Positions 52,190-63,899 of a stretch of 64,000 nucleotides of DNA are shown here, piece by piece (position 1 is the stretch's first letter; every line of letters starts with the position of its first letter). Origin of the DNA: Anolis carolinensis (taxonomy: Eukaryota); contig NC_085843.1 of assembly GCF_035594765.1 (NCBI RefSeq), forward strand, positions 67,316,201 through 67,380,200, given 5' to 3'. The translations under genes were made by a program, and so were the position numbers. The notes under the pieces are model-generated. The model was not told the DNA's origin. It searched no databases and was given only the letters and a program-made list of their open reading frames with translations.

Positions 52190-52405
52190 AAGAAGCGACG
52201 GATCTGGAACACACTTGGCACAAAGACCCAATATGTCCAGCTGTGAATCCTGGGGGAGTTTTGGGAGGGTTGATTCAAGACCTTTGGGAATTGTAGTTCA
52301 CCCACATCCTCCTTATACATTTTCTCATGGGAGCATTCATAAAAACAAAAGCCTCATAGGAAGAAACAGCGGCCCCTTGTTGGGACAGCATGGTGTAGTG
52401 TAGGT

Positions 52406-52776
52406 CAGGGGTCCTCAAACTTTTTAAGTGGAGGACCAGTTCACAATCCCTCAGACTGTTGGGGGGGCAAACTGTGGTGAAATATTCCAAATTAGGATTG
52501 TTGTTGTAGTGTGCCTTTAAGTCGTTTCAAAATTAGGTCAACTCTAATTCGAAGGTTTTAGGACAGGGGTCAGGTAAATGGCATTGGAGGACCGCATCTG
52601 ACCCATGGGCCAGGCCATAATTTGGGGACTCCTGGTCTAAAGTTTAGGACAGGGGCCAGGTAAATGGCATTGGAGGGCCGCATCTGGCCCGCAGACCGGG
52701 CCATAATTTGGGGACTCCTGGTCTAATGTTTAGGACAGGTAAATGGCATTGGAGGGCCTTAATTTGGGGGACTCTG
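52406..52776. mobile_element. hAT MITE with a triplicated right end, inserted in the head of a tRNA-derived SINE (52388-52890)
   Basis: CAGGGGTCCTCAAACT start; three copies of aaatggcattggagg...aatttggggact(c)ctg; SINE A-box tggtgtagtg(g) on both sides. Confidence 0.75.
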
Positions 52777-53684
52777 GTGTAGTGGTTTGAGAGTTGACTA
52801 CAATTGTGGCTTAATTCCCCAATCAGCCATGGAAACCCACTTGGTGATCTTGGGCAAGTCACACACACTCAGCCCCAGAAAATCCAATGAAACAGTTTCA
52901 AACCAGGTACAGATTTCCTTATTCAGAGGCTGATGGCCATCTGTCAGGAGTGATTTGATGGTATACTATGATTTCTGTTCCTGGGTGATAAATGTCATTT
53001 CCTACTTGGTTCTGTCATAGAAACATGGCAAAACTTTACACAGCCAAATTTTTGTCTTTTCGTAAGGGACATGGGTCCCCCTGGGGGAGAAGAGTGGTAT
53101 AAAAAAATAAAATAAATAAATAAAGGTGCTATGATAGCACATTATGATTTCCTGGGACACTGTCCATCAATTTAACAAAGTTTCAGCCACAAAAACAAAG
53201 TTTATCAAGTAGAACAATGACTTTCAAAGTAAAGACAACCCAATGAAACAGGAAATAAGACTTTCAAACCAGGAACAGGTTTCTTCAATTATTAAAAAAA
53301 TTGTTTATTATAAAAGCTATGAAAATTCACCAAAATCAGAGGATATAGGGAACATATTTGGTGAGCTAGCAGAGTTGAATGTGTTCTCCCACTGTACCAA
53401 ATTTGATCAGGATAGCTCAAAAAATGAGTGTGGGAGAGCCCTGTAAAAGCCCCCCCCCCCGGTGCTGTTTTTTTTTCACGACTGCGCATGCGCGTCTGCC
53501 ATTAACAAACCAATTTAGAGCATTACAAATTTTTGGAAATATCCAAAAATTTTGAGGGGAAAAATTGGAAATAGTTTCTAAAATGAAGCGCTGGCGCCCC
53601 CACTTTAGAAGCGAGAACTGAACCATTTTTTTCATTGATCGCTCATGCCTAATGTAACATGTACTTACTTAAGTGATCCCTCCG

Positions 53685-53885
53685 AATATGATTGTCTGAG
53701 TATGATTGTCTTCCAGGTGTAGTGTCCTGGTGGTAGATATGTAGGTGATTGTGGAGCCCTGTTCTTGACCCACATGCTCCTTCACAGTGTGCACATTGGT
53801 TTCCAGGTGGAAGGTGGTCCCGATCAGAGTTGGTTTGGCATGCCATCCTCTTGGCACGTTTCCTGTAGCATGTAGTCCAACAACA
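53685..53885 (-). mobile_element. RTE-type LINE 3' end with C2H2 motif
   Basis: RKRAKR..CAHCEGACGSRTGLHNHLHIYH. Confidence 0.75.
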
Positions 53886-55734
53886 TAAGGAGTATTGCAT
53901 GGTTGCATGGTTCTAGCATCTTTCTCTCCAAGTGAAAACAAAACAGAGGGGGTCAGCCTGGTCTCACATGAAAAGGAATTCCCCAGTCTTGCCAGCCCAT
54001 ATATTTGGCCCATATAGACAAGTGTTTTATCTCTTTTGTGTATACAAGAAAATATTTTTATGAGGAATCACTACATTTCTAATATGGGACAATTGAGGGA
54101 TGCACATATTAGTTCTATATACTCAAAAATAAATCCCACCAAATTCAGTGAGTTGCAATCTTAGTGGAATAAACCTTGGGCAGGGGAAGATATGCCTCTC
54201 TTTTCATCTATTTTCCTTCCTTCTGCAGATGACTTCTGTGCTTATTTTAATTATGGCAAAATCTTGTAAGTGCCTTGGAATTTGCCTAGAACATTAAAGA
54301 CAATGTAATTATGCTAGCAAAACTAGTGCTCAGGTGAATCAATAGCAAATGAAAGGTATACTGGCCTAGAATTAAAAATAAGAATAGAGGTGACTTTACA
54401 ACCACGTGTCTTTCTTTTTCATCCTCCAGGTTATAGAAAACCTATAATCTCCCCTTATGCTCTCAAGTGACAAAACGTGATTTATAGCTCAAAAATATTT
54501 TTAAATGGGTTTATAGCAGTTGTGCTCACGAAAGGGACTTGAATGACAGCACAGCAGATTGAAGTATTCTATTTTTAAAGAGAATTGCCGCTGAGGCAAG
54601 AGTGACATAAGCTGCCTTCAGCTTTCTTGTTCATTATTATCCAGCAGTCACTGCAACATACATCTGAGATGTTATTAGCACAATATTTAAAACAATGTAT
54701 TCACTCACTATATTCAGAAAGGAGACCACCATAGTATGTCAGGATGTTACTTTAGACTGATGATTGCATGAGCTATTCAAAAATGTTATGGAGCGAATCT
54801 ACACTGACATGGGGCCTATCTAGAGTATCTTATTCTGAAGTTCCCTCAGAAAGTATGGAGGTAGGAGGGAATTCTGACAATCTGGTAGTGTTGAATCTGG
54901 TTTGATAGCATGAGACAGTCACTCTTACTGTCCATTCCTATTCTCCATATTGTGGAAATCTCCAAGTATGATATGGATCTTACTAATTGATTTGGGCAAT
55001 GAGGTAATGTGGGACAATGTACCCCTCTTCTCCTCCTTCCCTTCCTCAATCACTCTGTCCCTCCATCTGATGTCAGGTGATGGCCAGCTAGTACGACACC
55101 GGTTGTGCCTGGAGACCACTGCAACACAGAGAACAGGAGGGGATGGTAAGTGACATATGTTCCCAGATTGCCCAAGCAATGAAAACAGATGTGTCCATAG
55201 GAAGACCTGCCAATGGGGCAGTACAATCTCTGTGTTATTTGCTATTTCCATATATTGGAATAAGTATGTCAGAGTGTAAGAAGGTTACTGGAACACTTGT
55301 GATGCTTTGGCAATGGCAACCAGCACATTCTACACACTTGATGACCTTGAACTAGGAACATATTGTCAAAAACTGAGACTGTGGCAAAAAAGTGAAGTAG
55401 ATTTAGATTCAACAGCAAATCAAAACTGTGAAAACATGCTGAGCAGAATTCTGGGAAATGTAGTGTAGGGCAGGGGCTTTTGAATTCTCTGACATAGGGC
55501 TCCTCATCTTCTCAAACCACATTTCCCAAAATTTGTTGCTTTCTCAGTCTCTTTCCCAGCTAACTCTGCTTTCTCCCTTCTTCTTCCCTCGCCTAATGGT
55601 GACAGGCCATTAATTTAAAGAGGAAATACAGTGTTTTTGGCTTTGCTTTGTTTCCTTCCACTGAAAATGAAACTGACTTTGGGAGGCTTTCAAGGTATAC
55701 AAAATTTAAACAAAAAAAGTCCAGCGTTTCCCTA

Positions 55735-57780
55735 GATGCCCTCTCCAACCCCGCCGAAATTGGTCTCCTTGGTTCACTGAGGAACTTTGACCGATGAAGC
55801 GGGAAAAGAGACAGCTAAAGGGCGTGTGGCGACAACTCCGTGACAGAGAATTGAGATCAGCTTACAGGGCATTTATGGAGTCCTATGAGCATGCTATCAT
55901 CGAAGCAAAGCGAGTATATTATGCTTCACTAGCTCACGCCTGGCAAAATTGTTCAAAATAATTCGATCTCTAACGACGGTCCCTACTGTCCCAAAAAATG
56001 ATTATCAGGTTCTTTAAGCCAAGGCCTTTCAGAGCTATTTTGCAGACAAGATCTCGCTACTACGCCAGGACCTCCCCGCCACAATTGATACAATGAGAGA
56101 ACTTGAGACTCTGTGGCCACTTGCTGGGCCCACCCTTGATCGGTTCATCCTGCTGGATGCAGAGGCTGTTGATAGGCTTATAGCTGCAGCTAGACCGACC
56201 ACTTGCTCCCTCGATCCATGTCCCTCTTGGTTAGTGAAATCCTGCTTGGAGGGATTATGCAACCCTCTGTTGAAGATAATAAACAGCTCCCTTGAGCAAG
56301 GAGTTTTTCCAGAGGGTTTAAAAAAGGCTGTTGTCTCTGCCCTGCTGAAGAAACCAGATCTAGATCGCTCGATTCCCTCCAGCTACCGCCCAGTTTCGAA
56401 TCTTTCGTTTCTGAGCAAGATGATTGAGAGGGCAGTAGCGGAGCAGTTGCAGCAGTTCCTAGACGACACAGTTGGACTGGATCCCTTCCAGTCCAGCTTC
56501 CGTGTGGGGCACGGGACTGAGACAGTGTTGGTCTCAATCACAGATCATCTTTGATGCCAGCTCGACCAGGGCGGATTGGCGCTGCTTGTGTTATTGGATC
56601 TCACAGCAGTATTTGACACAGTTGATTATAATCTTTTGACCCACCGCCTGGCCGTTGTTGGAGTCAGGGGGACAGCTTTAAATTGGCTGACCTCCTTCCT
56701 TCAAAACCATGGACAGCAAGTGGAGAGGGGAGGCCTGGTCTCTGAAAGGTACTCTCTATTTTGTGGGGTTCCTCAGGGGGCCATCCTCTCCCCTCTGCTG
56801 TTTAACATCTATATGCAACCACTTGCTCAGCTGGTTCGAGATTTCGGGCTTGAGTGCTACCAGTACACTGATGACACTCAGCTTGTGTTGAAGATGGAAG
56901 GCCGACCAGACTCTGTACCCAATAACTTTCATCAATGTCTCGAGGCCGTTACTGGATGACTACGTGCCAGCAGGTTGAGGGTGAATCCAGCAAAGACAGA
57001 GATCTTATGGCTGGGCCGACCGGGCAATGGGGATATCCAGTTGCCTACCCTGGATGGTGAGGCACTATGCCCGTCATCACTGGTAAGGAGTCTGGGAGTC
57101 CTTTTGGACCCTTTGTTGACAATGGAGGCCCAGGTCTCCACCATTGGCAGTACCGCCTTTTTTCATCTGCAGCAGGTTAGACGGCTGGCCCCCTATCTGT
57201 CTAGAGACAACCTAGCCACAGTGATCCAGGCCATGGCCATCTCAAGACTGGACTACTGTAACACCCTCTACATTGGCCTTCCTCTGTCGGTGATCCAGAA
57301 GCTCAAGTTGGTACAAAATGCAGTGGCTCGGCTTCTTGCAGGAGTCCCGTTGAGATGCCACATAACACCAATCTTATTACCACTGGTTACCAATTGAGCA
57401 CCAGATCGCCTTCAAAGTGATGGTACTTACCTTTAAGGCCTTACATGGTCTGGGGCCGATGTACCTGAGGGACCATCTCACCCCCTACTAACCCCAGAGA
57501 TCCCTCCGTTCTGAGGACCAAGACATATTGGTTCCTAGTTTTAAGATCTTGTGCCTAACATCAACTAGACGCAGAGCCTTTACAGCAGTGGCACCATCAC
57601 TTTGGAACACACTGCCACCTGAAGTTTGTGCCTTGTGGGACATATCAGTCTTCCGCAGGGCATGTAAGACACACCTGTTTTGGCAGGCTTTTGATTTCTG
57701 TTATTACTGTTTTTAAATTGTTTTAGATTTTACTATGTTTTGGCAGCCCTAGGGGAGTGGCGGCATATAAGTTCGAAGAA

Positions 57781-57815
<35 letters not shown>
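55735..57815 (+). mobile_element. L2-clade LINE, second family, 5'-truncated and degenerate
   Basis: TTCSLDPCPS, YRPVSNLSFLSK, LLDLTAVFDTVD, GVPQGAILSPLLFNIYM, YTDDTQL, SRLDYCN; (TAAA)n tail. Confidence 0.95.
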
Positions 57816-60800
57816 AATGTAGAGGAAAACAAACCCTGGTAATGGCTGAGAAAGAGCATATGATGCAGCAAGTACAGCTGCACTCAGCCCCATTGCCCCC
57901 ACAGAGAGATTGCTTGCTTCAACCTGGAAAAAATTATCAGGATATACTAATGAAACTAACAAATATTTCTGGAATTTTGTGTGTGAAGCTGTTTTGCTTC
58001 ATTTGGGCTGGTGTTTGTGTGTGTGTGTGTGTGTGTGTAGAGGGGGCGCGCATTTTTTTTGGCAGTTCATATCTACAAATTGCCAAATTTGTCTGAAATC
58101 TGAATCAGACATGCAAAGTTTTGCACAGTATTAAATACCCTCTGGCTCCACCCTATCATGTGCAGTGTCTTAGCACACAGAGCCTCATGCAAACATCTCT
58201 GTTCTCTATCCCGCTATCCCAGTGCCATTTAATACACACCTTCCTCTGTTCAATTTGCAAGTACAGAAAGGTGTTAATGAAGGAGGCAGAAATGTTTTTC
58301 CAGATCACTCAGGCCACTGGCAAAGATACAATGAACTGGGCATAGTTTCTCATACATTTTAAATGTCCCATATAATTATAACTAGAACTGTGTCACTAAT
58401 TTTCTATCATTTTTTCTATTTCCAAGCTGGGGGAACAATGTTTCAATGGGAAGGGCCAAAAATAATTGAACTGTAAATTAACTTGGTTAACTACTAAACA
58501 ATATATAGCCTCATTGGGCTATTTGTTGCTTCTGTTCCACAAAGACACCAGGATACTGCATGTAGCTTTTAGATATCTCCATTTGTTTTAAGATTAAGAC
58601 CAGATCTACTAAATTTATTGTGGATATATGAATAATGTGTTTCACAGACTGAAAAATTACACAAATTGAATTAAGTGTGTTGTAGCCAACAGCAACTGAA
58701 ATTAAAATATACACTTATTGTCTATGCTAAGGATTTAAAAAGGGTCCCAGTTTGAGAAGTTCCCTAGTGGGAAAATCTCTTATGATTAATTTGAATGCCT
58801 AAAGTAAACAACTAAAGCCACAGTGGAGCAACTGTCAGCTTAGCTACCAGTGTAACAAAGGAATGATATGCTGTCAACAACTTATTTATAGAGCAGAGGA
58901 TTTAAAAAATGTGTAAATATTACAATAATGTCAAGTGAAGCTTCCACTTGCCATGCTGATATGCCTTTGTAAAATGCATTGGGAATCGAAGTCTACATTT
59001 TGCTTGAAGCATCACAGATTAGATGGGTTACAAATATGCATAACATTTAGCATAGGAATGGCTCTCAAAGATCTAACTACCACCCTTTAAGTTTTATGCA
59101 TATCAGTTATCCTCTGTTATTCCTTGTTCTTCATGATCCCTATAAAATCATTGCTAGCAATTTAGTTAACCAATTGTAAGTTTCTACGAGTCATACAGTG
59201 TGGGGTGGAGAAAACCTTACCTGGCTTTGAGCAATCAGCAATGCTAATCCTGCATTGAAGACAGGAGAATGAGTTGTGATGCCCTAATCAGACAGTGACA
59301 TGGGGCAGGCATGACATAAGTATGTACATTGCCAGTAACTCTCACATGTAGTATAACGGCATCTTGCTTCTGGTCTCCTTCCTACAGAGATGATCATAGT
59401 GAGTGCTGACATCATGTGTCCAGGGATTCTAGTGATAGGAATCATTGCAACATTTAGAAAAGTGCATATTTTGAATATTAATTGAGTTTCCTTTCATATA
59501 TTGATTCAAAAGTGCATAATTATGTGAATTATTAGTAATAGTTTATAGCAAACAATGAAGTGAATTCATTTCTCCACATTCCTCTCTACTACATGTTCCA
59601 GTCCTAAGTCTATGGGCACATCTACATTAACCACTTAAGTGTGTTTCAAACAGATATTGAAGAAAGTGGTTTTGCTGTGCAGATGACTGTCAGAGTTTGG
59701 AAGTAACTGGCATATATAAAATCGTAAATTGCTGGATCATTCAGACCTAGCCACATAATGAAATGCTGTGCCACTCAGGCCTAGGCCTAGTCATTTAGTA
59801 AAGCGCTGTGTCACCATGATTAGTGGCTGAAGCAACGGAGGAGGTATAAAAGCAAGTATTTCCCATGTGCTCAATGATGATGGGCAGATGATGGAGAACT
59901 GTGAGAGTAGTTGATGAATATAGAGCTAGAAAGTGTGTTTTGTATATATCTGTACACATCTTCTGCAACTATTGAAGATAAAGCCTACCTGCATAAGGAA
60001 AGAACAACTGTGTTTGTAGTCTGTGTTGTTCTTGCAGTGCCATTCATACACCACACAGAGGGAGCTTGGATTCTAACTAGATTGGGGCTTGGAGACACTT
60101 CCAGCACTCTATTAAGGCCTTGGAAATATCTGACAATGACTACATCTAAAATACTGGAACCAGTTTGAGTCTCGTATGGCAATTACACAAGCCACACAGC
60201 ACTGACATTCATTAAGGGCTTTCTTTTACATGCTTTTGTGGAAGTTCCTGATTAAATGATCAATGTAGGGCCTTTAATTCAGAATATATGGGATAGAGAA
60301 GAATTCTGGGTTGTTTTCTTTTTCCCATGAAATTGTCTGATTCCTCATTTCTGAACCAACATGAGAATAGACAAATAAAAGGTCCTTCAAAATTCACCGC
60401 TTTGTGCATTTTATTAGATTTTCCTGTACAGTGGAGTAAAAAGCCTGCAGAACTTTGCCAAGAATATAATCAATTTTAACAGAAACTAATTAAATATATA
60501 AATAACACTGTTACTTTGAAAATCCACCATAGATACCATAAATAATTTCCAATACCTTCACTAGAAGTCTTTTTGTTATCACCCTACTCTATTTAAACTG
60601 TTCAGCAGATAACTATGTTTTGCTATTGCTCAATTTTTGCTTCTTCCCATCTGTTTATATTTTACACCTTTGGTGCTTTGTCACTTCTTCTCCTCCGCTT
60701 GTGTTCCTTTCATTTCTCCGGTTTTCAACAAATCTTTCTCCTTTCTTTCACTAACTGAACAGGTGGCAAGCCAGCTGGTAGTAGAATGAAAAATTAAAAG

Positions 60801-61574
60801 CAGTGTACAATGTGAACATAAGAAACAGGAAATCAGACAGGAGTGGGAGGGCGAGCAGTAGGATGGGACAAGAATGGTATTTGCAATGAATATGTCATGG
60901 GAGCAAGCTTGAGTTAATTAACTACTAAAGTACTTCCTAAATCTGATACCTGCATTTTGACAGATAAGTTAATTGAATGCCTGTTCAATGCCATATCATA
61001 TGCTAATCAGAAGTAATTCAAAAATTATATATTTGTACCATTTTCCACATGGATGATCATCTTCTACTTAGTTGAGTTCAGACATAGGTCAGTGAATAAT
61101 GAGTTGTTTTTTTAAAAAAACAAGTGTTTTATTAAGCCTTTTTGTTTTTACTGAAATATTAATATTATAATATGTCTGAAGTGCTATCACTTTGCAGTAT
61201 GCATCCACTTAACCTAAATATCTCATGCTTCCTTCATCTCAAAATGCTTGATTCTATGCTTCTTGAACCAAAATAAGGAAAAATAAGGAAAAGATATATA
61301 GGAGGACTATGGAATAAGAGGCGGGGAGGAAGAGATGAAAGGGAAGGATGACCCTTAGAAAATATTGAAAAAATGAAGTGGTCAGGAAATAAAATGGAAA
61401 GCAAAAGAGGAGTTATGACTGAATTTAGTGTAGCTTCACAGTCTGTACATGCTATGTATTCTTTTCCAGACCTAGATGTTGCACATTTCAGGTTTCAAAG
61501 TATAGTGGAGTCAATGATTTGTAGCTGAAAATGTTTACAATGACACCTCAGAAGGTCCAGAGTTTTTGAGATGC

Positions 61575-61730
61575 AGTTGTTCTGTGCAAGTCAGTTCTGA
61601 CTTATGAAACCTTCAAAGCAACCCTATCACAGGGTTCTCTGTGGCTAAAATGGTGTGATTTGCTCAAGATCATAAAGTGGCTTTCTATGGTTGAACCCTG
61701 ATCTCTAGAGTTGTAGTCCAATGCTCATTA
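61575..61730 (-). mobile_element. Old tRNA-derived SINE remnant
   Basis: Similar to 4730-4920. Confidence 0.6.
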
Positions 61731-62177
61731 ATATAAATAAATGCTCTCAACAACAAATGTTCAGATGATAAACAAGAATATATATACAATAACATGAGAA
61801 CCATTTGCACAAGGAAATGAGAAACATTTATTTAATCCTGATTTGATGCAAATAATATGCATAAAAGCTTAAAACTTGAAAACCGCATGAGGTGCAGAGC
61901 TGAGTCACTGCCTGACATTTTACCAGAATGGAGCTACTGTACAGGACATATTCATAACATGTCCTGTGGGCTGACTGTGATGTACAGAGACAAACTCCTA
62001 CAGGCTCAGCATGAAAGACTTTGAATTTCTTGTGAAACTGAATGAGAAAGTATTCTATTAAGGTATTTTATTGAGACTTTTGAATACTGGTACTAGAAAC
62101 TATGTAAAACAGTACAGAAAGGAGAAACTATTCAGAATTTCCTTTTAATGGGCAAACAAGATTTTTTTATATATACA

Positions 62178-62500
62178 CAGTAGAGTCTCACTTATCCAAC
62201 ATAAATGGGCCGGCAGAACGTTGGATAAGTGAATATCTTGGATAATAAGGAGGGATTAAGGAAAAGCCTATTAAACATCAAATTAGGTTATGATTTTACA
62301 AATTAAGCACCAAAACATCATGTTATACAGCAAATTTGACAGAAAAGGTAGTTCAATACGCAGTAACGCTATGTAGTAACTACTGTATTTATGAATTTAG
62401 CACCAAAATGTCACGATGTTTTGAAAACATTGACTACAAAAATGCCTTGGATAATCCAGAACGTTGGATAAGCGAGTGTTGGATAAGTGAGACTCTACTG
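62178..62500. mobile_element. Tc1/mariner/pogo-type MITE
   Basis: Perfect TIR CAGTAGAGTCTCACTTATCCAACA; homologous to 33059-33381. Confidence 0.92.
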
Positions 62501-62677
62501 TGTATATATAAGGGCTTTCTTTTACATGCTTTTGTGGAAGTTCCTGATTAAATGATCAATGTAGGGCCTTTAATTCAGAATATATGGGATAGAGAAGAAT
62601 TCTATATATATATACTTTTTAATAGTAGCATCAGCAAGATATTGGTCAATGTTATATATTGGACTGAAGTAGCTCAT

Positions 62678-63253
62678 GTTGTAGTTGGGCCAAGGGGCAG
62701 TAATGGTTCTATGGGTGAAACAGCTAGAAGGAGAAAAAGGGCTAATAGAGAGCAGGTGCTTGATGAAGAATAACAAGTAAAGCGGGTCCGGGAAATACTT
62801 ATGGCTCCTTCAGAGGATGAGACGTTTTATGGGTTTTCTAGTGATGAGGAGTCCATACTAGATGATGATGATTTCACAGAGAGTAGAGGAACTAAAAGGT
62901 CTACTCGAGAGCAGGAGTCGGATGAGGAAAGAGAAAGGAAAAAGATCCGGGATATACTCACTGCTCCCACTGATGAGGAGACTTTCAAGGGGTTCTCTGG
63001 GAATGATGGGTCTGGGAGTGAGATGGAGAATGCTGATTGGACACAAGTAAATGTAGATGATGAGCCAGTTCATGGGGCTGCATCAGGAGTTTGGCAAGCC
63101 TCTCATACTTCTGGGACATGGGGAGATCTAAATCTTGAACGGAGATGGAGGGACTGGAGGGATGAGAGGCAAGGTCCACTAACAAGATCAAGATCAGCTG
63201 TGATTGATGAGGAAAGGGCGGAGGTCTCATCAGCATCGGACTCCGATGAGTAA
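62678..63253 (+). pseudogene. LTR(U3)-encoded acidic ORF with two FxGF motifs; one premature TAA (62771-62773), 62801-63253 still open
   Basis: VVVGPRGSNGSMGETARRRKR..VREILMAPSEDETFYGF..IRDILTAPTDEETFKGF..TWGDLNLERRWRDWR..LTRSRSAVID..SDSDE*. Confidence 0.82.
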
Positions 63254-63431
63254 GTTAAAAGTAGAGTTTAGAGAACTATTGCCTTGCAGAAGGCAAGGTG
63301 TCGTTTTGGGGACATTGCTTTGTCGCTGCCTGTTCTCCTTGGGTCCTGGCTGTACAGCTTCCTGATAATCCGGATTGAATCCTGCTTCAGTGTTCCTGGC
63401 TTCTGACTCCAGTTCGGCTCCTGACAACGCC

Positions 63432-63710
63432 GTTTTCAGTTTGGCGTTTCTTTTGGCTTTCCTGCTTCGATATTTCCAGTTTGGCGTTTGCTTTGGCGTT
63501 CTTGCTCCAGCGTTTCCAGTTTGGCGTTTGCCTTTGCGTTTCTGCTCCAGCGTTTCCAATTTGGCATTTGCCTTGGCGTTCCTTCTCCAGCGCTTCCAGT
63601 TTGGAGTTTGCCTTGGTGTTTCTACTCCAGCGTTTCCAGTTTGGCGTTTGCCTTGGCGTTCCTGCTCCAGCGTTTCCAGTTCGGCGTTTGCCTTGGCGTT
63701 CCTGCTTTGG
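63432..63710. repeat. 39-bp tandem repeat in LTR A copy 2 (ccagtttggcgtttgccttggcgttcctgctccagcgttt)
   Basis: About seven copies, directly visible. Confidence 0.9.
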
Positions 63711-63899
63711 CATCCCTGCTTTGGCACTTCTAAGTTAAGTGTTTCTGAGTTTAAAATATCATTTAATAAACATTTAAGAACTTTCCTTAATGTGTGTGGC
63801 TTTTTAAGAGCTGTATCACGACAGCTCACCTTTTTTCTTTGGCTCAGCACTAAGATTACCTTATGTGTAGTGTGTCACAAAACTGCGATCTGCAGAGGA

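Larger units (their letters stand above)
48735..53651. mobile_element. Large non-autonomous hAT-type element hosting nested insertions
   Basis: Termini TAGGCATGA / TCATGCCTA; 8-bp flanks ATGTAGCA / ATGTAACA. Confidence 0.75.
62677..63823 (+). mobile_element. Solo LTR, family A copy 2
   Basis: TGTTGTA...CACGACA; perfect 5-bp TSD GCTCA (62672-62676, 63824-63828); AATAAA near 63765. Confidence 0.93.

Noticed and set aside
5296-63823. LTR A copies 1 and 2 as the two ends of one giant element
   Set aside because: Each has its own distinct TSD, they are substantially diverged, and no gag/pol lies between them.
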